A stretch of DNA of 64,000 bases from an uncultured Verrucomicrobiae bacterium (GCA_963756875.1 CAVWPA010000003.1:1632001-1696000); one strand, 5' to 3'. Positions 1 through 10,792 are shown, counted from the first letter of the stretch. The notes: generated by a model from the letters alone, not told the origin. Made by a program: numbers and translations.

Positions 1-219
1 ACCGGTCCGGTTTGGGAAAAGGAATCGTTTGATCGATTGATTCGATCAGAACCGGATTTACAGGAAAAATTTCGATACATTTGCAGAAATGCGTGGGACT
101 CCGGGATTGTCGGACCTTCGGAAGATTATCCCTGGTTGTGGACACAAGATGGGTCTTCGACGAGGGCGTCGAAGACGGCACGCGAGGCGCGTGCGCTCCC
201 CGATCCAGCAAGCGCGTAA
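1..219 (+). mobile_element. REP-associated tyrosine transposase (RAYT, IS200/Y1-like), 3' part only
   Basis: Frame 1 from base 1 reads TGPVWEKESFDRLIRSEPDLQEKFRYICRNAWDSGIVGPSEDYPWLW, matching the RAYT C-terminal pattern W..E.FD..IR...Y...N....G.V....Y.W. The ORF runs into a REP hairpin. Confidence 0.8.
151..203. repeat. REP-like double hairpin at the end of the first RAYT
   Basis: gtcttcgacg-aggg-cgtcgaagac followed by gcacgcg-agg-cgcgtgc. Confidence 0.7.
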
Positions 220-222
220 CCT

Positions 223-1185
223 ATGGACTGGATCCGTATTCATTATGAGCGCGTCATTCTCGGCGCGGCGGCGGTCTTGTTGTTTTTTTGTGCGATCTCG
301 ATCTGGCACAGTGCCGCCGGGTTCGGCGTGAATTTCTCCGTGCTGCCGGTCGGGCTTCCGCCGAGGAACGCCGCGCCACCGCCTGAAGCTCTCAAGCTCG
401 CGGCGGCGGTGGAAAAGCTCAACCAACCGCCGCAATGGACCTTTGGCGGCAGGTCCGGGCTGTTCGTTCCGGAAAAGCATTTCATTGGGGCGAATGGTCT
501 GCCAGCCACATTGAAGACAACGCAGGTCCATCCGCCGGTGCCTAACGAGTGGTTGGAGCAGTTCAACCTTCCCATCGCCGACTCGGACGTTCTCGATCAG
601 GATCCCGATGGCGACGGGTTCACCAATCTCGATGAGTGGGAAGGCCACACCAACCCGATCGACAAAAATTCGCATCCCGATTACGTCGCCAAACTGAAAT
701 TGAAGTCGTTCAGCCAGGAACCGTTTCGGCTGGTCTTCGATTCGTGGGTGAACGGGTCGAACGGTGCGACGTTCGGGATCAATACGATCGATTTGAAACA
801 GCCGACGCAGTTTTTGAAGATCGGCGATACGATTGCGGGGACGAGATTCAAGATTGTTGGGTTCAAGGAGAAGTACGAGCCGAACCAGTACGGCACCGAT
901 GTCGATGTCAGTGAATTGACTCTGCAACACGAAGAGACGGGAGAGAAGTTGACCTTGGTGAAGGAAAAAGTGGCGGTTTCGCCCGAATCGGTGGCGACCT
1001 TTGTTTATTCCTGGCCGGCGGGCGGAAAGGCGGAGCAGTTCCAGGTCAGAAAAGACCAGGAATTTTCATTGAAACCGCAGGAGGAAATCAAGTATAAGCT
1101 CGTGGACGTCCAGCCCACCAAGGCCGAGATCGTGAACACGCAGAAACCAAACCAGCGAATCGAAATCGGTTTGCTTACCCCTTAA
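223..1185 (+). CDS. Amuc_1099-family pilus-like system protein
   Basis: N-terminal TM segment, DPDGDGFTNLDEW Ca-binding-like motif, lies directly upstream of a secretin as in the Akkermansia Amuc_1098-1102 locus. Confidence 0.75.
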   Translation: MDWIRIHYERVILGAAAVLLFFCAISIWHSAAGFGVNFSVLPVGLPPRNAAPPPEALKLAAAVEKLNQPPQWTFGGRSGLFVPEKHFIGANGLPATLKTTQVHPPVPNEWLEQFNLPIADSDVLDQDPDGDGFTNLDEWEGHTNPIDKNSHPDYVAKLKLKSFSQEPFRLVFDSWVNGSNGATFGINTIDLKQPTQFLKIGDTIAGTRFKIVGFKEKYEPNQYGTDVDVSELTLQHEETGEKLTLVKEKVAVSPESVATFVYSWPAGGKAEQFQVRKDQEFSLKPQEEIKYKLVDVQPTKAEIVNTQKPNQRIEIGLLTP

Positions 1186-1194
1186 CCGTTCTCC

Positions 1195-3950
1195 ATGACG
1201 AAGAATCCGCAGAAGTCCTCCGCGCGCAGAAACACGCTCATATATCCTGTAGCCACGCCCCTGTGGGGCGTCTGTTCGAGCGAGGGCGACGGCGCGCAGC
1301 GCCGTGGCTACAGCGTGCGCAATTGTGCGACGGTGATTACCGCGCTCGCCGCCGTTACTCTGTCAGTTGTTTCTGTGAGCTTCGCGCAAAATGTGGATCG
1401 TATCGAGACCAAGGAAGTTCAGCGGCGCGAAGCTGCGATCCCACAGGGCGCCGAAGCGCTGGCGGCGGGCCAGGTGGCGATGAAGGAAAGGAATTATGCC
1501 GTCGCGCACGAGCAATTTCGAACGGCGGTGGCGTTTTTGCCCGGAAACGGGCACGAAGACGCGGTGAACGGTTTTTGCGACAGCGGCGTCAAGCTGGCGG
1601 AGGAGAAAATTGCGGAAGGAAGATACGCCGAAGCGGAGTCAATCGTGCGTGATATTTTGGCCGATCGTTACAATCCCAATTGCAGGCCTGCGCTCGAGCT
1701 TCTCGCTCATTTGGAGACGCCCGGCTACTTCAATAAAACGATGGGGCCGAAGTTCATCGCCAAGGTTGAGGAGGTGAAACAGCTTCTGACCGATGCCGAA
1801 GGATATTACCAATCCGGCCGTTACGATTTGGCGTTCAAGAAATACGAGCAAGTGCTGGCGCTCGATCCGTACAACACGGCCGCCCGTCACGGCGAAGAAA
1901 AAATCGACAATACCAAATATCAGTACAACAAGGAGGCCTACAACGAAACACGGGCGCGCGAGCTTTGGAAGGTGGAGAAAGGCTGGGAAGAACCGGTCAA
2001 GCAATATGGGAAAAACGTCGGCCCGCTGGCGGAATCATTCCAAAGATCAAGCGCCGGCACGGCCCAGATCACGAACAAACTTAACTCGATCATCATTCCG
2101 CACATCGAGTTTCGGGACGCGAGCATTCGCGAAGCGATAGATTTTCTCCGTCAACAGGCGGCTGCCAATGACACGTCAACTGAGGGGAAAAAGGGAGTCG
2201 ATATCGTGCTGCGTTTGACGCCGATGGGTCAGGGTGCGGCGCCGGCCGCGGTTCAGCCAGCATCCCCCGCAATGGAAACTGCGCCGGCGGCGGGCGGCCC
2301 CGAAGGGGCTGCGGCCACTCCTATTCCCCTGGCGCCGGTCGTGGCGCCGTCCGTGGTTGCTGCTCCGCCGATTTCACCGGCGAACGCTCGAATCACGATC
2401 ACGTTAAACCAGATTCCACTGGGTGAAGCGCTGCGTTACATCGCCAGCCAGGCCGGGCTGAAGGTCAAAGTCGATCCGTACGCGGTTTCGATCATTCCAC
2501 TGAACGAGCAGAGTAACGATTTGGTCACGAAAGAATACCGGGTTCCGCCCGGTTTCATTACGACTACCGTGAACGCCGGGGCATCCATCATTGAATGCGC
2601 CGGCAACGCGCGTCGGTGCCGGAGGGGCCGGCACAGGCGCCGGAACCGTTGAATCCACCGGAGGCCAGCCGCTTGTGAATCGCGAGGGAGCCAAGGAGTT
2701 TCTGCAGAGCCAGGGCGTGCCATTTCCGCCGGGAGCCAGCGCCAATTTTCTTCCACAAAGCAGCCGCCTGATTGTCCGTAACACGGAGGACAACCTGGAG
2801 CTGGTCGATGCGCTGGTGGAACAGGCGAACGTCTCTGGGCCGAAGCAGGTCGAGATCGAATCAAAATTTATCGAGATCACACAGACCAATTTGAAGGAGC
2901 TCGGCATGGATTGGCTGCTTCAGCCATTCAATATACCGGTAACCTAATGTTTAGCGGCGGAACTTCTGGAAACGGGGTCCCTGTGAACCCGGTCGAATTT
3001 CCTTTCACAGTTGTCGAACGCAGCCGGCACTCGGATTCCCATCGGTCAGCAACCTGTAACTGCCGGCAATCGGAGCGGCAGACTTCGCCATTACGCAGGA
3101 TGCGATTGATTCGCTGCTCGCGGGGACGACGGGACAAAAGAATACCGCGCCCGGAATCTTTGGCCTCAGTGGGACTATCGGAAACGCTACATTCCAGGCT
3201 GTGCTGCGCGGATTAAACCAGAAAAAAGGCATAGACTTGCTTTCAGCGCCCAGCGTAACGACAAAAAGCGGTCAGCGTGCTGTTATTGAGATTGTCCGTG
3301 AGTTTCGTTATCCGACGCAGTTCCAACCACCGCAAATTCCGCAGACGGTTGGTAGCACCAACGGAGCCAGTCGGAGGGGCAGCATCGATTCCAGTCACAC
3401 CCACTACGCCGACGGCCTTCGAAACGAGGAATACGGGCGTTACACTGGAAGTCGAACCGGTGGTGGGACCGGACGGGACTACGATCGATCTTAATCTCGT
3501 TCCACAGGTGGTCGAATTCGAAGGCTTCATCAATTATGGCAGTCCGATTCTTGCCCCTGCATCATTTACGGTTAATCCGCTTGGGAACGTCTTTACCCAG
3601 CCTCGACTAATAACGCCGAATGTGATCAATCAGCCGATCTTCAGCTCGCGCAAGGTGACAACTAGTGTGAGCGTCTGGGATGGACAGACCGTCGTGCTTG
3701 GCGGTCTGATGCGCGAAGACGTACAAAAAATCGAGGACCGCACGCCGATTATCGGAGACATTCCGCTTTGTCGGTCGCCTTTTCCGCACAAATGCCGACC
3801 AGCACATCAAGACGCAACCTCGTGATTTTTGTGACCGCGCATCTGGTGAACCCAGCCGGTCAGCCGATTAATCAGCCCGGCGAAGAAGAAGAAGAACAGG
3901 AAGCGGTGACGCCTCCGATGTTGCCGGAACTGCCGGCGTACAAAAAGTAA
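1195..3950 (+). CDS. pilQ: Type IV pilus/T2SS secretin with TPR N-terminus (Amuc_1098/PilQ-GspD-like), split by about 5 frameshifts
   Basis: Successive ORF fragments give the TPR region, QVEIESKFIEI, LLSAPSVTTKSGQRAVIEI, TGVTLEVEPVV, VSVWDGQTVVLGGL and NLVIFVTAHLV, which are secretin-domain motifs. Confidence 0.85.
1247..1313. repeat. GTAG-type REP doublet (TGTAGCCAC...GTGGCTACA) in the 5' end of the secretin ORF
   Basis: ctgtagccacgcccctgtggggcgt...gacggcgcgcagcgccgtggctacag. The same family occurs at 13836-13912 and 56612-56679. Confidence 0.85.
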
Positions 3951-3963
3951 GGGGAACTGTAAC

Positions 3964-4305
3964 ATGACAAAGGTATTTATTAGGCTAATTGCGGTTTGCG
4001 CTCTTTTAACCGTGTCGATGCCTCCGTTGGCGCAAGCCAGGGGCAGGAAGAAACGCACTCCAGCGCCGACGCCGCATGCGATCGTGATCGCAAGGATTGG
4101 CGCAAACTCCATTACGGTAACGGACGAAAACACGACAAAAACCGTGACGGTGACACAGTTCACCGAAATTACTGTCAACGGACGGCGTGCTACCTTCGCC
4201 GATCTCAAGCCGGGCATGGTTGTCAGTCTGACCCTTTCCAGTCCGACCCAGGCCAGCCGGATCACTGCTACGGACGCCCCTGCGGGCGGCAGCACGAAAA
4301 AATAG
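3964..4305 (+). CDS. Small secreted beta-rich protein (DUF5666/OB-fold-like)
   Basis: Signal peptide, then ITVNGRRATFADLKPGMVVSL. Confidence 0.65.
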   Translation: MTKVFIRLIAVCALLTVSMPPLAQARGRKKRTPAPTPHAIVIARIGANSITVTDENTTKTVTVTQFTEITVNGRRATFADLKPGMVVSLTLSSPTQASRITATDAPAGGSTKK

Positions 4306-4466
4306 AACTCCTTCTTCGATCTCATTCGCTGAGCTGGGCAATCTCAGTATGGGCGATGGCCTCGATTGTGCCGCCCTGAGGGGTATCTGTTGCCAATGGT
4401 CAGCGAAGTTTTTGCTGGAGCTGAAGATAGGCCCATGAATAATGACCGCCGAAGCATGGAGGCGTC

Positions 4467-5129
4467 ATGCAGGAACCCAGTGTAGCAATTTCTCTTCTAC
4501 TGGCGGCGTTCTTGTCGCCCGCCTCTTGCTCGAAGAACGCCAGACAGGCAGCTGAGCAGGCAAATCCGACACCGATGCCACCATTGGCTACACAAAGCCC
4601 AACACCTAGTCGAAATCCGAGATCAAGCTCGACTCCAGTGGCAACTCCATCAGAGCATCATCGTCTTGCTCCATCGGGCGTTTTGTATCTTATCCAGCGC
4701 GCTTCATTGACGACAAACTCGGGCGTGATTGGTTTTTCGCCAGGGACACGCGTGCGCTTAGTCGAAGACAAGGGCGAGACGATAGTTGTGACGGACGGCA
4801 CGGTGAAAATCGAGGTGCCCGCCGACATTTTGACCGACGATCCTGATATTGCGACGTTTGCGGCGAGGCAGGACGCGCAAGCGCAGCAGGCCCTGGCAAC
4901 GTATTTAGCAAACCAGGAGGCAATTGACCAAGCGGCGCGCGAAAAGCGAAACGAAACATTCGATCGGGAGCAGCATGAAGCAGCCGTAAGTCGGCAATCA
5001 GCCGCGGTTGCAGCCAAGGGAAGCAATCCTTTGAGTCGTGGGGCGTATCATCAAACCTACTCCTTATCCTTACTATTACCCACACCGGTGGATCTATTAT
5101 TCTCCGTCACCATGATTCGCGCGCTGTAA
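4467..5129 (+). CDS. Hypothetical lipoprotein; C-terminus possibly frameshifted
   Basis: GGAGG RBS, signal peptide ending PASC, Pro/Ser/Thr linker. An alternative frame near 5060 reads PYPYYYPHRWIYYSPSP. Confidence 0.6.
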   Translation: MQEPSVAISLLLAAFLSPASCSKNARQAAEQANPTPMPPLATQSPTPSRNPRSSSTPVATPSEHHRLAPSGVLYLIQRASLTTNSGVIGFSPGTRVRLVEDKGETIVVTDGTVKIEVPADILTDDPDIATFAARQDAQAQQALATYLANQEAIDQAAREKRNETFDREQHEAAVSRQSAAVAAKGSNPLSRGAYHQTYSLSLLLPTPVDLLFSVTMIRAL

Positions 5130-5242
5130 CTACCCGATCCAAGCGAGCCGAGTCACTGCCACCGACGCACCCGCCGGGCGCGCGACAAAGAACTAGATCC
5201 GTCCTTCGCGTCACCTGGGCGTGCGATTTGGCGACGCCTGAT

Positions 5243-7962
5243 TCATTTGATTTTATAAACTACCGACACGATCGAACTGTCAGGAATGCCGGGTTTAACC
5301 GCTTTTGCTTTAACGGTTTTGGTTCCCTTCTGTTTGATCGTGAAGGGACCCGTGAACATGTTCGACGACGTTGTCGGATTCATTCCGTTCGTCGTGTAAT
5401 AAATCGTCGCGCCCGGAGTTCCCGTCGCAATGTTGATCGTCACTTTCTTTTTGTATGTTCCGGCTTTCGGCGCGATAACGGGAACCAATACCCCTGCGGG
5501 GTTGGCGGTATAGGTATAATCTTGCGGAGGATTATACCACGTGCCGCTTACCAGAGACCAAAGGCGAACGTAGAGTGTGCTACGATCCGTTGGCAGGTTC
5601 GAAACCGTCCAGGAATGGCCGCCGGTTTGACTGGAGCTGAAGATATCTGATGCGCCTGTGTTGTTGCCGACAAACAGCATGTACGCGGTGGCATTGCCGA
5701 CACTCCAGCTGAAGCTAACCGTCGCAGAATTTAGCGTCGATCCAGGGGCCGGGCTGCTGATCACACCGTAGGGAGTCGTGTATGTCGGCGGAGTAGCGGA
5801 AGGAAGAGGAGTCGGTGTCGGCGTTGGCGTAGGAGAGGGCGTTGGACTTGGAGTCGCAGATCCGACTGCGCAAAATTCTGTTGCCGGTTCTCGATTGGCC
5901 GTCCGGATTTATAATCGTTACGTCGTACGTGGTGTTTGCTGCGGCGGTCGTGTTTAGGTTGAGAGAAACCTGGGTTGGATTCTGATAGGTGATAGAGTTC
6001 ACAGTAACGCTGCCGCTCGCTCCGCCGGTTACCGAGGCAGCGATACGGTTCTGGAAGCCGGAGCCGGGATCGAAAAACCCTGACCCTGAAACAGAAATTC
6101 CTGTGATCGTGACATTCGCTGAAGGTTGACCGAGAGGCACGCTCGAGCTGGCTCCGCCGGGAGTTGCGGGTGGCGGCGCAAGGAGCTTTGCTACTCGGAC
6201 GGCGTAGTTGTCTGTCCCGTTACAATACTCCTGGATCGTCCAAATGGTCATGTCATCCGTGGGATCCAGGCTTGTAAATGAGTAATCCCCCCAGCGCCGA
6301 GCACCGCTGCTGCCTGGATCGCCGGCCGGATTGTATGATGAGCTGCTGGCAGAAAAGAGTGTTGGTAGCCCCGAGTAACTTGCCATGACCCCCATTGGGT
6401 CGCTAAACACGCGCCCATTAGTTGCCGCATCGATCCGGTAGGGACTGCCAGCGGTACGAAAGCCAAGCACAGCATGTCCCTGCCCGGATACCATGGCGGA
6501 AGGCATCCAATATTGCCGGGCATCCGAAAGATTCGCCGCGCTGTCAAAAACCGTACCCGATTCTGAACAACAGTGGGCTATCCCGACCCGACCGGCACAC
6601 TTAGTTCATACCAGCGAACTGCGTCTCGCCGCTGCGGATCGACACTCGATGACACACCTGAGCCGGACACCGCGATGGTGTGAGCGGTCCACAAGCGACC
6701 ATTCCGGATATGCGCGGCAAAAAGGCGGTCATCGATCGCGTCGAGCTGGCCGTTTGTGCCGCCCGTGTTTCCAAGATGGTTTACCGAAATCGGATACGCC
6801 GTGGAGTTAACTGTGATGGGGATATTTGCAGAGATTGACGGCGTGGTGCCTGGGTTGCTGACGCGCCGAAGAACCAATCTACCGAAAGCCATGTCGCTTG
6901 GGCCAATAACATACCCTTCGGTTGACGAGGGATCGAAATTATCTACTCCACGTGGGCTGTCCGGTCCCTCGCCTCCGGAAATTAGTCCACGAAACGCCGT
7001 TACGACAATCGGGCCCCCGTTTAAGATCGAACTCTTTCGGATGACGAATAGGGACGTGTTCACGAAGATACCGCTCGTGGTGAACATGTTCCCACCGATG
7101 TACAGCGCGTTGTTATCCACTCCTAATGAATCGTAGTCGAGCAATTCCCCGGTGTTCGCTCCGTCGACTGTATCTTGCTGGACGTAATACAGCGTCCAAA
7201 CCGTATCTCCGTTGACGGTTCCATTGCTCGCTGCATCCGATACAGCGATAAGAATTCGATTCGGAATATCGCCAATACTTGTCTCTGAAGTGCTAGGCAC
7301 ATCAATCATTGTTAAAATCCAACGATTGGTCAGGCGGTCGTACCGGATCTGCGGATCGGAAGTGAAATTTATGGCGGCTGACTTGCTCGGAGTCATCACG
7401 TTCGCAAAAAAATCATCAGGGCTAACATTTAGCACACCGTCCGCTGCACTCGTCGTTTTGTTGAAGCTCCGGAGCCTTCCATTCACGAACACAATGAACT
7501 GCGATGGACCAACGGCGCCCATCGAGTCATGGGAAACGCGCTAGTCTTGGCCGGCCCCGTCACTCCGTCGAAACTCGTGTCAACGGTTTGTGGCCATCGA
7601 GGGCCTGTGGCAACTTCCTCCTGTCCACGCCTCAACTGTTCTGTCTTTCCGTCCGGAGATTGTGACGCAAACTGTGCATTGGGATCTTGCGGGCGATTTT
7701 TACGCCCGGGAATTTCCAGTTCACGTTTCAAATAGAGATGCCGAGGCGCCGTGTGGGCGATTGATTCGACGATGATCTGCGCTGTCGTTCTCTGAATGCC
7801 GAGGTCGCCTATGAATGGGCGACCGATAACATCAGCACCAGAAACGGTTTTGGTTTCGGTTTGACCAAAAGCAAACCAACTGCCGGTTGAAATGGCGACA
7901 GCGCATGTCGCGACAGCAACAGATCTTTTCCAGTTACGCAGATGAGGACGAGCGTGATTCAT
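5243..7962 (-). CDS. Large secreted multidomain protein (repeat-rich core, Ig-like domains, PT linker, C-terminal chitobiase/Fn3-associated domain), split by about 3 frameshifts
   Basis: ORFs 7483-7962, 6578-7522, 5715-6506 and 5243-5764 are collinear. Motifs: MGAVGPSQF, RWGDYS, TPSPTPSPTPTP linker, TPGATIYYTTNGMNPT. Confidence 0.75.
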
Positions 7963-8051
7963 TCGATGGAGGGATTAGGCCGAAAAGCGGGGAATGATCG
8001 CAGGAATATCTTTTCGCACAAGTCTTTTGTCGGTCGGGGATCGTTTAGGAA

Positions 8052-8630
8052 CTACCTCGCCGCTGGCGAGCTGTTCCTTGCGACCGTGCTCAGATCGCTA
8101 ATGCTGCCGTCCGCAAAGACGAGGAGATTCCCGTTGCCGTGGACATCGCCGACCTCCGCAAACCACGGCTGGCGTGGCCACCTGTGCGGGGTTATCGGCT
8201 TGTCATCGAAAGCGCTCGCGACGTAGTCGACCCGCACATTCTGCGGGTCTGACAGGTCCGGATTCCCCAGAAGATTCTGGATAGTTGGGCAAATCCATGT
8301 CTTTTGTGTCGGGCCAAAGGGAGCGAGCGCATTAATCCAGCGGCGCGCATAATCCTGCTCTCCAGAATCAGAATCCTCCTCGCCAATCTGCGGCCAGCTA
8401 CCGTTCTGCTGCACATAAAGATCCGCCGCCACGTACAGATTTCGCAGATTAGCCATGCATTGCACACGCTGTGCGCGCGCACGCAGCGTCGAGACGACAG
8501 GAAATAATAGCGTGGCCAGTATGCCGATAATGACGGCTACAATTAGAATCTCGAGTAACGTTACTCCTCTACCATTAGATTTTTCAAAGCGTCCCCCCCA
8601 AACACGCACGCCATTGAGCTTGGCTTTCAA
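8052..8630 (-). CDS. Prepilin-type N-terminal methylation protein with H-X9-DG C-terminal motif (DUF1559-like)
   Basis: RG|VTLLEILIVAVIIGILATLL, C..NLR.L, and HGNGNLLVFADG. Confidence 0.85.
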   Translation of the reverse strand: MKAKLNGVRVWGGRFEKSNGRGVTLLEILIVAVIIGILATLLFPVVSTLRARAQRVQCMANLRNLYVAADLYVQQNGSWPQIGEEDSDSGEQDYARRWINALAPFGPTQKTWICPTIQNLLGNPDLSDPQNVRVDYVASAFDDKPITPHRWPRQPWFAEVGDVHGNGNLLVFADGSISDLSTVARNSSPAAR

Positions 8631-9235
8631 GTAGTGCTGGAAGACTGCCGGAATCCGCGAACTTTATAGATGATCGGGCCACCGCTTTCTCCAGCAGGAT
8701 CAGGATCATGTCCATCGTTTCGAATATTTTTGTAAGTCAGGGAACCCCTACCAATAATCCTGCTTGTCCCAGATGAGCTCGATCGTGTTACGATGCTTGT
8801 CTTTCTGAACTTCCCGTTCGCCTCATAGTAGGATTGAATGGATTCGGAGCTTCCGGTGGAACTAGAACCTGAAGAGATAATTTGCTGGAATTGCGCATTA
8901 ATTACCCCGCTCAAGCGCCCACCATCAGGGTCAGCAGAAGCCTGAATCTGTCCGGAATAAAATATTCCGTTTCGAAACACAACGGCGTCGCCAATTCCGA
9001 GACCTGTTCGAGGAATTTTTAATGTGAAAAGGACAAGCGAGTCATCTGGAGGCAGCGTGACTGGTGGTGGGCCGGGGTCGACAACAACGACTAAGGGCAC
9101 AAGGACGCCGGCATATGTTCCGACAACCGCCACCTGTCCTCCGCCGGACCACGGGCCACCGCTGATGGCAAACGTTTGGGAGGCTGTGAAAACGAGACAC
9201 ATCAGGCAGCCGAGGAGGCTTTTCATGGCGTTCAC
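8627..9235 (-). CDS. Hypothetical secreted protein
   Basis: Signal peptide MKSLLGCLMCLVFTASQTFA; overlaps the prepilin gene by 4 bp. Confidence 0.7.
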   Translation of the reverse strand: MNAMKSLLGCLMCLVFTASQTFAISGGPWSGGGQVAVVGTYAGVLVPLVVVVDPGPPPVTLPPDDSLVLFTLKIPRTGLGIGDAVVFRNGIFYSGQIQASADPDGGRLSGVINAQFQQIISSGSSSTGSSESIQSYYEANGKFRKTSIVTRSSSSGTSRIIGRGSLTYKNIRNDGHDPDPAGESGGPIIYKVRGFRQSSSTT

Positions 9236-9366
9236 TTAAGAAAAATGCTTTGCGCGCGTCAATCCAAAACTTCTGAATCTCGGATCACCGCGGCCGACGT
9301 GCCCGCCGGCGAAAAGCCAAAAAGTAATCGAGGGCGGGCGCATCGCCTGCCGTCTCTTGGTTCGGA

Positions 9367-9435
9367 AAATTGTAGGGCAACCGCATCGGTTGCCGGGGTT
9401 TTGGTTGGCAAGCGGAGCGCTTGCCCTACAACGGC
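9367..9435. repeat. REP doublet, left flank of RAYT (69-bp exact direct repeat of 9966-10034)
   Basis: aaattgtagggcaaccgcatcggttgcc...ggcaagcggagcgcttgccctacaacggc; a further REP lies at about 9496-9520. Confidence 0.9.
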
Positions 9436-9530
9436 AACGGTACGATTGGCAGTGGGGAAATTGCGTGGCGACCGCGTCGATTGCCGTTTTTTCGTTGTAG
9501 GGCAGGCGCGCCGCCTGCCAATCTAAACAA

Positions 9531-9974
9531 ATGGGACATCCTCCCAGGATTCCTGTTTGGCTGCGCTGGGAACAATCGGTGATTTATTTCGTCACCATTT
9601 GTGTAGCGAATCGCAAACCCGTCCTCGCGAACGAAAACGCCTTCATCGCGTTCAAAAATGCTGTGGCAAAGCTGCATTATTGGACCGTCCTCGCCGCGAT
9701 CCTGATGCCGGATCATCTTCACGTCATCGCCGTGCCCACAGCAGATCGCGAGGCTAAAATCGGGAATTTCGCAGCCGGAATTAAGCGTTGGATGCGCCAG
9801 GAATTGAACGCCTCCTGGAAATGGCAACCGGGCTGTTTCGATCGCCTTTTGCGATCGAACGAATCGCTTCACGGTAAATGGTTGTATGTTGAAGAGAACC
9901 CGGTGCGCGCCGGTCTGGTGAAGCATTGGCAGGATTGGCCTTATCGTTACGAGTTTAACGATCCCAAATTGTAG
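9531..9974 (+). mobile_element. REP-associated tyrosine transposase (RAYT)
   Basis: YFVTIC, HUH motif MPDHLH, WQPGCFDRLLR, YVEENPVRAGLV; flanked by REPs. Confidence 0.92.
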
Positions 9975-10034
9975 GGCAACCGCATCGGTTGCCGGGGTTT
10001 TGGTTGGCAAGCGGAGCGCTTGCCCTACAACGGC
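9966..10034. repeat. REP doublet, right flank of RAYT
   Basis: Identical to 9367-9435; contains the RAYT stop codon. Confidence 0.9.
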
Positions 10035-10104
10035 TGCGACGATTGCATCCGTGATTTGGTGCTTGAATCTTCCATGATGTTGGACCTTGGTGCTTTAAAT
10101 TAGA

Positions 10105-10704
10105 ATGCCTGCCATCGGAATCACGGGCGGAATTTCCACGGGCAAATCCACGTTTTGCCAGGTCCTGCGGGAGATGATGCCCACGGCGAAATTTTTCGAT
10201 GCCGATCAAGCGGCACACCAGCTGGTCGATCTTGACCCTCAGGTAAAAAAAGAAATCGCCTCCGAGTTCGGCGCGGAACTCTTTTCGCGCGAAGGGGACT
10301 TGAATCGGAGGGCGTTAGGGGCGATAATATTCCGAGACGCTGCCAAAAGACAGGCGCTCGAGCAAATTCTCCATCCGCGGATTCGCCGGCAATGGAGTGC
10401 CGAAGCGGAAACGCATCGCAAATCGCACGACTTTTTCTTCGCAGATATCCCACTTCTTTATGAAACCGGTGGCGAAACACTGTGCGACCGAGTGGCGGTG
10501 GTAGCTTGTTCGCCAGCCAATCAGGTCGCCAGGCTGCGTAAACGCCGCGCCGTGGAGCGGGAGACCGCCGAGGAAATGATCAAATCACAAATGCCGCTGG
10601 AACAAAAAATATCCCGTGCCGATCACGTCGTTTGGAACAACGGCGACCGGGGGCTGCTCAAACAACAGGTGGAGCTATTGATCGCGCTCTGGCGAAGGCA
10701 ATGA
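10105..10704 (+). CDS. coaE: Dephospho-CoA kinase
   Basis: IGITGGISTGKS, DAD, LEQILHPRI, DIPLLYE. Confidence 0.95.
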   Translation: MPAIGITGGISTGKSTFCQVLREMMPTAKFFDADQAAHQLVDLDPQVKKEIASEFGAELFSREGDLNRRALGAIIFRDAAKRQALEQILHPRIRRQWSAEAETHRKSHDFFFADIPLLYETGGETLCDRVAVVACSPANQVARLRKRRAVERETAEEMIKSQMPLEQKISRADHVVWNNGDRGLLKQQVELLIALWRRQ

Positions 10705-10727
10705 ATGTGCGCGCAGGCGAGAAACAC

Positions 10728-10781
10728 TGGTAGAGCGCGCTCGCCGAGCGCGCCGGACGGCCCGGCGGTCCGTCCCTACCA
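10728..10781. repeat. TGGTAG...CTACCA REP doublet
   Basis: tggtagagcgcgctcgccgagcgcgc / ggacggcccggcggtccgtccctacca; similar architecture at 59887-59940. Confidence 0.75.
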
Positions 10782-10792
10782 AGAATTTTGAA

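Noticed and set aside
58..930. Long antisense ORFs (also 10813-11757, 32706-33641, 37414-38343, 41423-42340)
   Set aside because: They are shadows of well-supported genes on the opposite strand, typical of GC-rich DNA.
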